Notes under the pieces: model-generated | Database searches by the model: none | What the model saw: the letters and a program-made list of their open reading frames with translations, nothing else | What the model was told of the DNA's origin: nothing | Shown: piece after piece, positions 1 through 8,917 of the stretch | How positions within the stretch are numbered: position 1 is the stretch's first letter | How the letters are laid out: every line of letters begins with the position of its first letter | Translations under genes and position numbers: made by a program | Assembly: GCA_963757545.1 (NCBI GenBank) | Contig: CAVWSA010000025.1 | Coordinates: 6,898-70,897, forward strand | DNA: 64,000 nt | Reading direction: 5' to 3' | Source of the DNA: an uncultured Actinomycetes bacterium | GTDB lineage: Bacteria > Actinomycetota > Actinomycetes > Streptosporangiales > Streptosporangiaceae

Positions 1-66
1 TACTGAACTAGACGGCTGGCGCATCATGGCCTTCTCTCTCAGGGCGGTGCGTGAGTCGGTCGCAGT

Positions 67-101
67 CCCTCACCCATGAGCTGATCCCTCATGGGTGAGG
101 G
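67..101 (-). terminator. GC-rich hairpin directly 3' of the minus-strand membrane-protein gene
   Basis: 67-80 CCCTCACCCATGAG and 88-101 CTCATGGGTGAGGG are exact reverse complements (14-bp stem, 7-nt loop). It lies 8 nt beyond the stop at 109-111. There is no U-tract, as is common in high-GC actinomycetes. Confidence 0.5.
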
Positions 102-108
102 CACGGCA

Positions 109-912
109 TCAATTCGCCGGATGCATGCGCTGCGAAGGCAGCGGTTCAGCGGGTTGTGGTTCAGGGTGCAGTGGGCCCAGCGGGCCTGGCTTGGTCAGCA
201 CCTCCTTCGCTTCGGCCATCGGGTCAGCTGGCGCGCGCAGCAGCGCGCTAGCGATCCTTGTGTGCAGCCGGGCGGTGCCCACCAGGACGTAGTTGAACAG
301 CAGGAACAGCACCAGGAAGACGGCTGCGGCGATCAGCGCCTGGTGCAGCGTTGCCCACGAACCAGCCCCAGGCCCCGGGCCCGCTCGGGCCGTTCGGGAA
401 GTAGCCGAACTGGAGGCCGGCGCTGGACTGCCCGTTGTTGAACGTGCCCGGGCCGGGGCCCAGTACCAGAGCGGCACGGTGATGCCGGCCAGCAGCACCA
501 GCCAGACCACCAGGACCGCCAGGTCGACCGCCCACAGCAGCGGGAACAGGACGAACAGGTAAGCGAAGTCGCGCCAGATGGCCGGGTCGGTCCAGCGGGT
601 GCGGACCTGGCCCAGGATGCCGGGCCGCTGGACCGCCCGGTACCCGCCATGGATCGGCTCGGCCAGCACTTCGCGCAGCCGCCAGCGCTCCGCGTTGGCG
701 CAGCCCCGGATGACCCCGGCCGCGGCGACCAGCAGCGGGATGCCGGCCAGCGTGATGCACAGCACGGCCGCGGTGAGCGTGGCCGCGAACACGGCGGTCC
801 ACAGCAGCCAGCCCCACACCAGGTAGGCGAGCAGGAACCAGGCCGCGCGCCAGGTGCTGCCCGCCACCAGCTGGTGCAGCGGGTTGCGGTACAGCGGCAG
901 CCGGGTACTCAT
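109..912 (-). CDS. polytopic membrane protein with an actinobacterial 'putative sensor' type domain (no kinase domain)
   Basis: Sub-ORF of track ORF 109..1257(-) starting at ATG 912 (MSTRLPLYRNPLHQLVAGSTW...). It has several TM helices (WFLLAYLVWGWLLWTAVFAATLTAAVLCITLAGIPLLVAAAGV; FAYLFVLFPLLWAVDLAVLVVWLVLLAGI; LIAAAVFLVLFLLFNYVLV). An ATGA overlap joins it to the upstream gene. Confidence 0.75.
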   Translation of the reverse strand: MSTRLPLYRNPLHQLVAGSTWRAAWFLLAYLVWGWLLWTAVFAATLTAAVLCITLAGIPLLVAAAGVIRGCANAERWRLREVLAEPIHGGYRAVQRPGILGQVRTRWTDPAIWRDFAYLFVLFPLLWAVDLAVLVVWLVLLAGITVPLWYWAPARARSTTGSPAPASSSATSRTARAGPGPGAGSWATLHQALIAAAVFLVLFLLFNYVLVGTARLHTRIASALLRAPADPMAEAKEVLTKPGPLGPLHPEPQPAEPLPSQRMHPAN

Positions 913-1181
913 CCCACATCCCGCATCAGCTGTTCGACCGCCCGCACATGCTCGGTCAGCTTGGCCAGCTCGGTGCGCAGTTCCTGCTGGTTGGCCACGG
1001 CTTCCTCGGCCAGCTTCCGGTAGTGGGCCATGGCCACCGCGTCGGCGCGGTGCGCCTGCAGCCGGAAGTACGACCACACGATGACGGCCGCTGCCGCGCA
1101 GATGCACAACGGGATGCCCAGGCCGATGAAGATGCCAGCCGTGGCACTGCTGTCCAGTGCGGCTAGGTGTCCGGCAATCAT
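909..1181 (-). CDS. small membrane-anchored protein with a charged helical tail (90 aa)
   Basis: Track ORF 909..1181(-). It has one TM helix (GIFIGLGIPLCICAAAAVIVWSYF) followed by QQELRTELAKLTEHVRAVEQLMRD. ATGA overlaps at both ends (909-912 and 1178-1181) suggest translational coupling inside the ArsR operon. Confidence 0.55.
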   Translation of the reverse strand: MIAGHLAALDSSATAGIFIGLGIPLCICAAAAVIVWSYFRLQAHRADAVAMAHYRKLAEEAVANQQELRTELAKLTEHVRAVEQLMRDVG

Positions 1182-1528
1182 CGGCCAACTCCGTCCGGGC
1201 CGGTTTCTCGGGTCTCCACGTCGTCCCCTTCCATGCTGCCGTTGCGCAGCGCTGCAATGATCGTTTCGGCGTTGAGGTGCAGGTCGAACGGCGCCAGCTC
1301 GAAGTACTTCATGGCCTTGCCGTCCGCCGACAGCTCCAGCTGGCCGGCCACCAGGCCTGCCTTCTCCAGCTTGTCCAGGTGCATGTAGAGCAGTGGCCGG
1401 GACATGCCGAGCCTGCGGGCCAGCTCGCTGACGTGCACCCGGCCGTCCCGCAGTTCCGCGACGATCCGCAGCCGGTGCGGATTCGCCACCGCGGTGAGCA
1501 CGGTAAGCAGCTCGTCACTGGTCAGCAT
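1178..1528 (-). CDS. ArsR/SmtB-family winged-helix transcriptional regulator
   Basis: The sequence LTVLTAVANPHRLRIVAELRDGRVHVSELARRLGMSRPLLYMHLDKLEKAGLV is a typical ArsR HTH. ATG 1528 is preceded by GGGGAG; the track ORF extends to GTG 1555. Confidence 0.85.
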   Translation of the reverse strand: MLTSDELLTVLTAVANPHRLRIVAELRDGRVHVSELARRLGMSRPLLYMHLDKLEKAGLVAGQLELSADGKAMKYFELAPFDLHLNAETIIAALRNGSMEGDDVETRETGPDGVGR

Positions 1529-1605
1529 GACTCCCCGAACGCAAGACTCTTTCACCTGTCATAAAAAACTTACACATGAAAGAGAGGGTGCGTCAAGGCG
1601 GGCTG

Positions 1606-1702
1606 GCAGCACATGACGGCGGGCGGGCCGGCCGCGGCACACGACAGCCGGCGGGCGGGGCGGCCGCGGCACACGACACCCGGCGGGCGGCGGCACATCG
1701 GC
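1606..1702 (+). repeat. imperfect ~30-nt tandem direct repeat (about 2.5-3.5 units) in the ArsR/phosphatase intergenic region
   Basis: Units: GCAGCACATGACGGCGGGCGGG / GCCGCGGCACACGACAGCCGGCGGGCGGGG / CGGCCGCGGCACACGACACCCGGCGGGCGG / CGGCACATCGG. The array ends 15 nt before the phosphatase start. Confidence 0.6.
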
Positions 1703-1716
1703 CAGGCCGGTACGCG

Positions 1717-2328
1717 ATGATGGTCGCCATGGGACAGCTGATCCTGCTCCGGCACGGCGAGACGGAGTGGAGCAAGGCCGGCCGGCACACCGGCCGTACC
1801 GACATCCCGCTCAGCCCGGAGGGGAAGGCAGCCGCCGCTGCCCTGGCCCCGGCGCTGGCCCGGCGGCACTTCCGGGCCGTGTTCACCAGCCCGGCCCAGC
1901 GGGCCAGGGACACCGCCGAACTAGCCGGCCTGGCCGACGCCACGGTCGACCCCGACTTGCAGGAGTGGGACTACGGCGGCTACGAAGGCCTGACCACGGC
2001 GCAGATCCGGGCACAGCGGCCCGGCTGGTATCTGTGGCGCGACGGCGTCATACCGAAGGACGCAGAGCATCCAGGTGAGAGCGTTGAGCACGTGGGGGTG
2101 CGGGCTGACCGGGTGCTGGCCCGGGTGCGGCCACTGCTCGCCGACGGGGACGTGGCGCTAGTCGCCCACGCGCACCTGCTGCGCGTGCTGACCGCCCGCT
2201 GGCTGGAGCTGGATCCGGACTGCGGCCGCCTGTTCCGGCTGGGCACCGGCACGCTGTCGGTGCTCGGCACCGAGCACGACTCCCCGGTCATCCTGTCCTG
2301 GAACCTGCCGCCGGTGGCCTTCGAGTAG
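1717..2328 (+). CDS. histidine phosphatase (phosphoglycerate-mutase-like) family protein
   Basis: Contains the LILLRHGETEWS catalytic RHG motif, and TSPAQRARDTAE and LVAHAHLLRVL follow. The start is taken at ATG 1717 (MMVAMGQL) inside track ORF 1576..2328. Confidence 0.85.
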   Translation: MMVAMGQLILLRHGETEWSKAGRHTGRTDIPLSPEGKAAAAALAPALARRHFRAVFTSPAQRARDTAELAGLADATVDPDLQEWDYGGYEGLTTAQIRAQRPGWYLWRDGVIPKDAEHPGESVEHVGVRADRVLARVRPLLADGDVALVAHAHLLRVLTARWLELDPDCGRLFRLGTGTLSVLGTEHDSPVILSWNLPPVAFE

Positions 2329-2344
2329 GCTCCGGGGCCCGCGG

Positions 2345-2689
2345 TCAGCGCGGCCGGGTTTCGTCCTCGATCCAGCTCAGGAACGTCGCCGTCCCGGCCA
2401 CGATGGGCGTGGCCACGATCTCCGGCTCGTCGTAGCTGTGCCGCTGGGTGAGGAAGTCGGCCAGTTCCTGGTACCGCGCGGCGGGCAGCTTGAGCAGCAG
2501 CAGCCATTCCTCGGCCCGCTCCAGGTCACCTTCCCACCAGAACGTGCTCACCACCGGCCCGGCCACCTGCGCGCAGGCGGCCAGCCTGGCCTGCACGGCA
2601 TCGCGGCCGAGTTCGATGGCTTCGGCCCGCGAATCCGTGGTGGTCTGCACCTGGAGGTACCGCACAGTCCGGGCGGCCGGGTCGGCCAT
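2345..2689 (-). CDS. cutA: divalent-cation tolerance protein CutA
   Basis: The sequence RLAACAQVAGPVVSTFWWEGDLERAEEWLLLLKL...HSYDEPEIVATPI matches the CutA1 fold signature. Start at ATG 2689 (MADPAA) within track ORF 2345..2842. Confidence 0.85.
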   Translation of the reverse strand: MADPAARTVRYLQVQTTTDSRAEAIELGRDAVQARLAACAQVAGPVVSTFWWEGDLERAEEWLLLLKLPAARYQELADFLTQRHSYDEPEIVATPIVAGTATFLSWIEDETRPR

Positions 2690-2807
2690 CGCCTCGCCCG
2701 CCGCCGTGCCAGCCGTGCCACCCTGACCCGCCACCTCACCGATGGTACGCCCCGGCCCCGGCAGGCGGCACGAGCCTGCCCCGGCCCACCGGGCGTGACC
2801 TGCGGTG

Positions 2808-3578
2808 TTACGGTTCAGCTCGGGGTGCGGCGGCCTGGCCACGGCCGCCGCCGAGGAAGGATTCCACGAAATCCGGGCTGGCCGACAGCTCGGCCGGGGT
2901 GCCCTCCATCCGGACCTCCCCGCCGCCGAGCACGTAGGTCCGGTCCGAGATGGCCAGCACGGCCCGGGCCCGCTGCTCCACGATGAGCACCGCGGCGCCG
3001 CTGGCGGCCAGCTTGTGCACGTGCTCGGTGAGCAGCACGGCAGCCACCTTGGGGGCCAGGTTGGCGGTCGGCTCGTCGAGCAGGAACACGCCGGGATCGA
3101 GCATCAGCACCCGGCCCATGGCCAGCATCTTGCGCTCGCCGCCGCTGAGCTTCCCGGCGCTGCGGCCCAGCATCTCGCCGAGCCGCGGGAACACCGCCAG
3201 CACCCGCTCGATGTGCCCGGCGATCTCCTTGCGGCGCAGCAGGTAGCCGCCCATCTCCAGGTTCTCCCGCACGGTCAGCGGGGCGAAGATGTCGTCCACC
3301 TGGGGCACGTAGCCCACCGCCGCCCGGGCCACCTCCTCGGGCGCGGCGTTGGTGAGGTCACGGTCCCCGACCCGGACCGTGCCGGACGACACCCGCACCA
3401 CCCCGACCAGGCTCTTCAGCAGCGTGCTCTTCCCCGAGCCGTTCGGGCCGACCAGGGAGACCACCTCACCCGGGCTGGTCTGCACGGTGATGTCCCGGAT
3501 CACCGGGTCACCGCCATAGCCCGCGGTGATGCCCTGGGCCCGCAGCGGCAGCCCGGTCAGCGTCAGCTCAGCCGACAA
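2808..3578 (-). CDS. livF: branched-chain amino acid type ABC transporter ATP-binding protein (LivF-like)
   Basis: Walker A GPNGSGKST, signature LSGGERKML and Walker B VFLLDEP. It overlaps the upstream gene by 11 nt. Confidence 0.9.
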   Translation of the reverse strand: MSAELTLTGLPLRAQGITAGYGGDPVIRDITVQTSPGEVVSLVGPNGSGKSTLLKSLVGVVRVSSGTVRVGDRDLTNAAPEEVARAAVGYVPQVDDIFAPLTVRENLEMGGYLLRRKEIAGHIERVLAVFPRLGEMLGRSAGKLSGGERKMLAMGRVLMLDPGVFLLDEPTANLAPKVAAVLLTEHVHKLAASGAAVLIVEQRARAVLAISDRTYVLGGGEVRMEGTPAELSASPDFVESFLGGGRGQAAAPRAEP

Positions 3579-5496
3579 GGTAGGCCTCCACGACCTCGCT
3601 GCGGCCGCGCAGCTGCTGCATGGTTCCCTCGGCCAGCACCCGTCCCTCGGCCATCACCACCACCGGGTCGCAGAACTCGTCCATGATCGCCAGCTCGTGC
3701 TCCACCATCAGGATGGTCATTCCCTCGGCGCACAGCGCCACCAGTTCCGCGCCGATCCGCCGGGCCAGGTTGGGATGCACCCCGGCCATCGGCTCGTCCA
3801 GCAGCAGCGTGCTGGGCTCGGCCATCAGCGCGCGCATGATCTCCACCAGCCGCCGCTGTCCCCCGCTCAGCTCCCCGGCATAGCTGTTGGCCATGTCCAC
3901 CAGCCCGAACCGCTCCAGCAGCCCGGTGGCCCGCCGCACCGCCGCTTCCTCATCTCCGCGCCAGTACCGCCGCCCGAGCAGCGCCCCGCGCAGCGAATCC
4001 CCCCGGTTCCCGGGTACCGCGGACAGCAAATTCTCCATGACCGTCAGCCGCTTGAACTCCGAGGCCAGCTGAAACGTCCGGACCAGCCCAACCCTTGCCC
4101 TCCTGAACGCCGGCACGGACGTAATGTCGTTGCCCTCGTAAATGATGTGCCCGGACGTGACAGACAACGTTCCGGCCAGCATGGCAAGCAGCGTCGATTT
4201 ACCGGCTCCATTAGGCCCAATCAGCCCGGTCAGCTGCCCCTTCCGCACCACAAAAGACACGCCATCGACGGCCCGGACCCCGCCAAACTCCCGCACCACA
4301 TCACGCGCTTCCAGCATCACGGGCGGCTGACCATGACCAGCCGTGCCATCAGCTGCACCGGGGTTTGCGCCGGAACTGCGCGCACCGCCGTCCGCCGAAG
4401 GCGACGGCGGGCGGGGCGAAAAGCGGGCGTCGCGTGGCCGCCCGTTACCGCCTCTCCTCGCGCGCCTCGGGCCGCTACGATGTCCGCCGGTCGAGGACCC
4501 CCGCCAGCCCGCGCTCGCCGCGCCAGCCGTCGCCGACCCCGCCAGACGAATAAACCGTTTCCGTTCAGGCAGGATCCCCTGCGGCCTAACCCACAGGAAA
4601 ATCACGATCAGCAGCCCGATCGCCACCCATTCCAGAGACGGGATCAGGTTGGGCGGCAGGTTATTGGACGTCGGGATGAACCGGGTGATCTCCTCGAACC
4701 CGACCGGCACCAGAATGGCCCCGAGCACCGCGCCAACATGGTTCCCCGCTCCGCCGATGATGACCGCCGCGAACAGCACGACTGTCTCCGCGTACCCCCA
4801 GGCGGCCGGCGACCAGGTGCTGATGTAGGAGACCAGGATCCCGCCGCTCAGCCCGGCGATGGCCCCGCCGATAACCAGCATCGCGGTGCGCAGCGAGAGC
4901 AGGTTCTTGCCCAGCGAGTCGGCCACCGTGTCGTTGTCCCGCATGGCCCGCAGCGACCGGCCATACGGCGAGAACGTGATCCGCCGGACGAACCAGAACA
5001 CTGCGCCGGTCAGCACGACGGCGCCCGCCCCGAACCCCCACTGGTACCCATTGGACGTGGTGGTGAAGCCGGACGCGGCGAACGGCGCCGGGATCAGCGA
5101 CAGCCCCGCGTCGCCGTTCAGCAGCGGCCGGTAGTTGGTCACCAGCAGGTTGAGCAGTACCGCGGTGACCAGCAGGCCGACCGCGGCGAAGTCGCCGCGC
5201 AGCCGCCGTCCGACCAGGAAGGTGAACGGCAGGGCCAGCACCCCGCCGACCACGGCGGCCCCGATCCAGGGCAGCGGGAACGGCAGGTTCCACCCGCCGA
5301 TGTAGGACTGGAAGCCGCCGTTGGCGTGGTCGCTGGGCAGGGCCAGGATCGCGGCCGCGTAGCCGCCGGCCGCCTGGAAGATGATGAAGCCGAAGTTGGT
5401 CACCCCGGACACCCCGAACTGCTGGCTGAGCCCGAGGCAGGCCATGGCGTCCACCGCCGCGTAGATGATCAGGTTGAGCGTGTAGTAGGAGTTCAT
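3568..5496 (-). CDS. fused Liv-type permease (LivM-like, N-terminal) and ATP-binding protein (LivG-like, C-terminal)
   Basis: Single 642-aa ORF. The N-terminal ~310 aa are polytopic permease (MNSYYTLNLIIYAAVDAMACLGLSQQFG...). A ~77-codon Gly/Arg/Pro/Ser-rich linker follows. The C-terminal part is MLEARDVVREFGGVRAVDGVSF...GPNGAGKST...LSGGQRRLVEI...LLLDEP. Confidence 0.85.
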   Translation of the reverse strand: MNSYYTLNLIIYAAVDAMACLGLSQQFGVSGVTNFGFIIFQAAGGYAAAILALPSDHANGGFQSYIGGWNLPFPLPWIGAAVVGGVLALPFTFLVGRRLRGDFAAVGLLVTAVLLNLLVTNYRPLLNGDAGLSLIPAPFAASGFTTTSNGYQWGFGAGAVVLTGAVFWFVRRITFSPYGRSLRAMRDNDTVADSLGKNLLSLRTAMLVIGGAIAGLSGGILVSYISTWSPAAWGYAETVVLFAAVIIGGAGNHVGAVLGAILVPVGFEEITRFIPTSNNLPPNLIPSLEWVAIGLLIVIFLWVRPQGILPERKRFIRLAGSATAGAASAGWRGSSTGGHRSGPRRARRGGNGRPRDARFSPRPPSPSADGGARSSGANPGAADGTAGHGQPPVMLEARDVVREFGGVRAVDGVSFVVRKGQLTGLIGPNGAGKSTLLAMLAGTLSVTSGHIIYEGNDITSVPAFRRARVGLVRTFQLASEFKRLTVMENLLSAVPGNRGDSLRGALLGRRYWRGDEEAAVRRATGLLERFGLVDMANSYAGELSGGQRRLVEIMRALMAEPSTLLLDEPMAGVHPNLARRIGAELVALCAEGMTILMVEHELAIMDEFCDPVVVMAEGRVLAEGTMQQLRGRSEVVEAYLVG

Positions 5497-5515
5497 CGGC
5501 GCTCACCTCCGGCCA

Positions 5516-6382
5516 TCATGCCCGCGCTCCGAGCAACCCGGTGGGGCGCACGCCGAGCATGACCAGCAGCGCCACGAACGCGACCACGTACTTGTAGTCA
5601 GCCGGGATGAACACCGCGCTCACCTCGGTGGCCAGCCCGATCACCACCGCGCCGAGCATCGCGCCGTAGGCCTGCCCGGGCCCGCCGAGGAACACCGCGG
5701 CCAGGATGAGGATCAGGAAGATGTCCGTGGAGGTGGCGTCGAAGCTGCCCGAGTCGATGGCGAACACCACCCCGGCCAGCCCGCACAGCGCCCCGGTGAT
5801 GGCCCAGGTCAGCGTGATCACCCGGCTGGCCCGGATGCCGCAGTTGCGGGCCAGCGACCGGTTCGCCGCGGTGGCCCGCATCGCCTTGCCCAGCTTGGTG
5901 TACCGGAGCAGGCCATGCACGGCCGCCATCACCAGCACGGCCAGCACCATGATGGCGACCTGGACGCCGGTCAGGTTGAGCCCGCCCGCCTGCAGCGTCG
6001 GGCCGTTGCTCATGGTGTAGGACACGGCGGTGCCGCCGGTCACCGCCTGCACGCCGAACTCGATGATGAGCGTCATGCCGAGCGACACGATGACCATGGT
6101 GATCGGCGCCGTGCCGCGCCGCTGGAACGGCGCGTACACGCCGACGTTGAGCAGCACCGAGATCAGCGCGCAGGCGGCCACCGCGACCAGCAGGCCGAGC
6201 CACACCGACAGCCCGGCCTGGTTGACCGCGTAGGCGATGTACGCACCGAAGATCATGATCGCGGCGTAGGCCAGGTTGAGCACGTCGGTCACCGCGAACT
6301 GGAGGGTGAACCCGACCGACGCGATGGCCAGCACGGCCGCGGTGACCAGCCCGAAGCCGAGGGATGCGACGAACAGGCTCAT
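5516..6382 (-). CDS. livH: Liv-type ABC transporter permease (LivH-like)
   Basis: MSLFVASLGFGLVTAAVLAIASVGFTLQFAVTDVLNLAYAAIMIFGAYIAY... is a typical LivH N-terminus. Start at ATG 6382 within track ORF 5516..6508. Confidence 0.85.
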   Translation of the reverse strand: MSLFVASLGFGLVTAAVLAIASVGFTLQFAVTDVLNLAYAAIMIFGAYIAYAVNQAGLSVWLGLLVAVAACALISVLLNVGVYAPFQRRGTAPITMVIVSLGMTLIIEFGVQAVTGGTAVSYTMSNGPTLQAGGLNLTGVQVAIMVLAVLVMAAVHGLLRYTKLGKAMRATAANRSLARNCGIRASRVITLTWAITGALCGLAGVVFAIDSGSFDATSTDIFLILILAAVFLGGPGQAYGAMLGAVVIGLATEVSAVFIPADYKYVVAFVALLVMLGVRPTGLLGARA

Positions 6383-6504
6383 CCGGCCGCCACTGCCCCC
6401 CGCCGGCGCGGACTGGCCGCGCCGGCCCGGCCGCCCGGCAGGCCGTGGCCGCCCCGGGGGGGTGGGGACGGCCACGGCCTGGGTACGCGGCGCCGGGACT
6501 GGCG

Positions 6505-7824
6505 TCAAGACAGCGCCCTGAGCTGGGCCGCGGTCAGGTTGCCGACCACGTTCACCGTGCCCGATGGGCTGTAGGTGTCGATCTGGAAGATCCCGGTCGA
6601 GTCGTGGTAGCTGTCGAAGTTGGTCGGCCCGCCCGGGCCCTCATACCGGATCGACTTGCCCGCCTTGAGCGCGCTGGCGCAGGCAGCGAACGAGTAGCAG
6701 ACGGTCGCGCCGGGCACGCCGTCCCCGATCTTGACGATGTCCGGCCCGTACACGCTGGGGCTGGTGCTCTTGGACATGATCATCGCCAGCGCGGCCAGGT
6801 TGATCCCGTCGTACAGGTGCACACCGCCCGGCGCGCTCAGGTAGGTGGTGAAGTCACCGGTGGCCCCGGGGACCTTGCCCTGCTGGGACAGCAGCGCGGT
6901 CTTGAACGCGCTGAACGCCGGCCCGTTCGACTCGACCACCAGGTTGTCCGCGTGGAACCCGCTGGCGAATGTGCTGGCGCCGACCGCCGCCGCGGCCGAC
7001 TTGAAGAACGCGGGCGAGATCGCGGCCGAGGTGCCGATGATCGGGATCATCTTGCCGTGGTTGAGCTGCTTGATCTCGGAGAACAGGGTCGGGTCGGCCG
7101 AGCCGAGCGCCTCGGTCATGATGGCGTCCGGGTGCGACTGGATGATCGCCTCGGCCTCGGTGCGGAACGTGGTCGCGCTCAGGTCGAGGGTCTGGTTGGT
7201 AGTCATCGTGATGCCGGCCTTCTTCAGCGCGCTGATCGCGGGCTGGATGAAGGTCTGCGACCCGATGTCGTTGCCGAACGCCAGGGCGATCCGCTTGTAG
7301 TGCAGTTCCTGGGCGATGGCCACCATCGCGTAGGACTCCTCCAGGTCTGGCGGGACCAGCCGGTAGAAGTACGGGAAGTGCACATGATCGAACTCGGACT
7401 GGCCGGTCATGCAGAACATGGCCGTCTTGTGCGAGTTGATGATCGGCACGACCGAGGCCGCCTCGTCCGAGGTGCAGCCGATCACCAGGGCCAGGCTCGG
7501 GGTGGACGCGAACATCTGGTTCACCGCGGGCACGGCGTCGGCCGGCTCACCGCGGGTGTCCACGCTCTTGCAGGTCAGCGTGTGCCCGAGCACCCCGCCC
7601 GCCTTGTTGATGGTCGCCGTCGCGCCGTAGCAGGAGGCCAGGTAGGTGGGGCCGAGCGCGGCGTCGGCGCCGCTGAACGGCGCCACGTCGGCGACGGTCA
7701 GCTTGCCCGACCCTGAGCCGGAACTGCTGCTGGACGACGCGGAACCACCGGAACTGCCGCAGGCGGCCAGCCCGGCCGCGAGCACCGCCGCGCCGAGGGC
7801 CGCGGTGATAGTGGTGAACTTCAT
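6505..7824 (-). CDS. ABC transporter substrate-binding lipoprotein (LivJ/periplasmic binding protein type I family)
   Basis: MKFTTITAALGAAVLAAGLAACGSS lipobox signal followed by a Ser/Gly linker and a PBP fold. Start at ATG 7824 is preceded by GGAGG. Confidence 0.9.
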   Translation of the reverse strand: MKFTTITAALGAAVLAAGLAACGSSGGSASSSSSSGSGSGKLTVADVAPFSGADAALGPTYLASCYGATATINKAGGVLGHTLTCKSVDTRGEPADAVPAVNQMFASTPSLALVIGCTSDEAASVVPIINSHKTAMFCMTGQSEFDHVHFPYFYRLVPPDLEESYAMVAIAQELHYKRIALAFGNDIGSQTFIQPAISALKKAGITMTTNQTLDLSATTFRTEAEAIIQSHPDAIMTEALGSADPTLFSEIKQLNHGKMIPIIGTSAAISPAFFKSAAAAVGASTFASGFHADNLVVESNGPAFSAFKTALLSQQGKVPGATGDFTTYLSAPGGVHLYDGINLAALAMIMSKSTSPSVYGPDIVKIGDGVPGATVCYSFAACASALKAGKSIRYEGPGGPTNFDSYHDSTGIFQIDTYSPSGTVNVVGNLTAAQLRALS

Positions 7825-7942
7825 TGTCCCCCTCCAAACCTTGGTGGAGTGAACCTTGGTGGAGTCACGCTGCTGGACTGACTGGCTGCCTGGTGGCCGG
7901 ATGGCCGGTTCGGCGAATGCGGCGGCGCGCGGACGGGGCGGG

Positions 7943-8848
7943 TCAGAACCCGCTCTTGAGCGGGCCGCCGGGGCGCCAGCGCCAGTCCGCGGGCGCGCCC
8001 TCCTCGGCGACCACCCGGTTCCGGATGGTGCCGAGCCCTTCGACGGTGATTTCGATGACATCCCCGGGCTGCATCCAGACCGGTGGCGTGCGGGCGAAGC
8101 CGACACCGCCGGGCGTGCCGGTGGCGATCACGTCACCGGGGACCAGCCGGGTGAAAGAGGAGAAGAACTCGACCGCGCTGGGCACGTCGACGAGCATCAG
8201 CGAGGTCCGGGCCGACTGCATCACCTGGCCGTTCAGCTGGGAGCTGATGGCCAGGTCGGTCACGTCCAGCTCGTCGGTGGTGACCACCTCCGGGCCGATG
8301 GGCATGCTGCCTTCGAAGTTCTTGCCCGCGGTCCACTGGCTGGCGGCCCGCTGCCAGTCCCGGGCCGACGCGTCGTTCAGCACGACGAAGCCCGCGATCG
8401 CGTCCAGCGCCTTGTCCGCGGTGATGTACCGGCCGCCCGCGCCGATGACGATGCCCAGTTCCGCCTCGTAGTCGAACCGCTCGGTGAGCGCGGGCTTGAC
8501 CAGGTCGGCGTACGGGCCGAGCACGCTGTCCGCGCCGCGGACGAAGGCGTCCGGCCAGGTCGGCACCTCCCGGCCGCCCTCCAGGGCATGCTCGCTGTAG
8601 TTCAGGCCCAGGCACAGGATGCGCGGCGGGCTGGGCACCGCGGGCGCGAAGTCGGCCTCGGCCACCTCGCGCCCGTCCGCGTCCTGCAGCGCCCGGACCG
8701 TGTCCATCGCGGGCAGCCCGGCACCGAGAACGTAGTGCAGCGAGGCGAACCGGGGATCTCCCGTCGCCTCGGCAGCGTCGACGTAGCCGGACCGGGCCCG
8801 GACGTGCAGCCGCGGTCCGTCGGGGGTGGCAATGGTGGCGAGCCTCAC
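7943..8848 (-). CDS. fumarylacetoacetate hydrolase (FAH) family protein
   Basis: Contains ILCLGLNYSEHA, FDYEAELGIVIG, GFVVLNDASARD and PGDVIATGTPGGVG motifs. GTG start at 8848 has AAGGAG upstream. Confidence 0.9.
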   Translation of the reverse strand: MRLATIATPDGPRLHVRARSGYVDAAEATGDPRFASLHYVLGAGLPAMDTVRALQDADGREVAEADFAPAVPSPPRILCLGLNYSEHALEGGREVPTWPDAFVRGADSVLGPYADLVKPALTERFDYEAELGIVIGAGGRYITADKALDAIAGFVVLNDASARDWQRAASQWTAGKNFEGSMPIGPEVVTTDELDVTDLAISSQLNGQVMQSARTSLMLVDVPSAVEFFSSFTRLVPGDVIATGTPGGVGFARTPPVWMQPGDVIEITVEGLGTIRNRVVAEEGAPADWRWRPGGPLKSGF

Positions 8849-8917
8849 GTGCCCGATCTCCTTAGTCGCGGGGATGCTGCTGCGGTCATCGGGCGCGGGC
8901 CGTCTGGCCGCGACATG

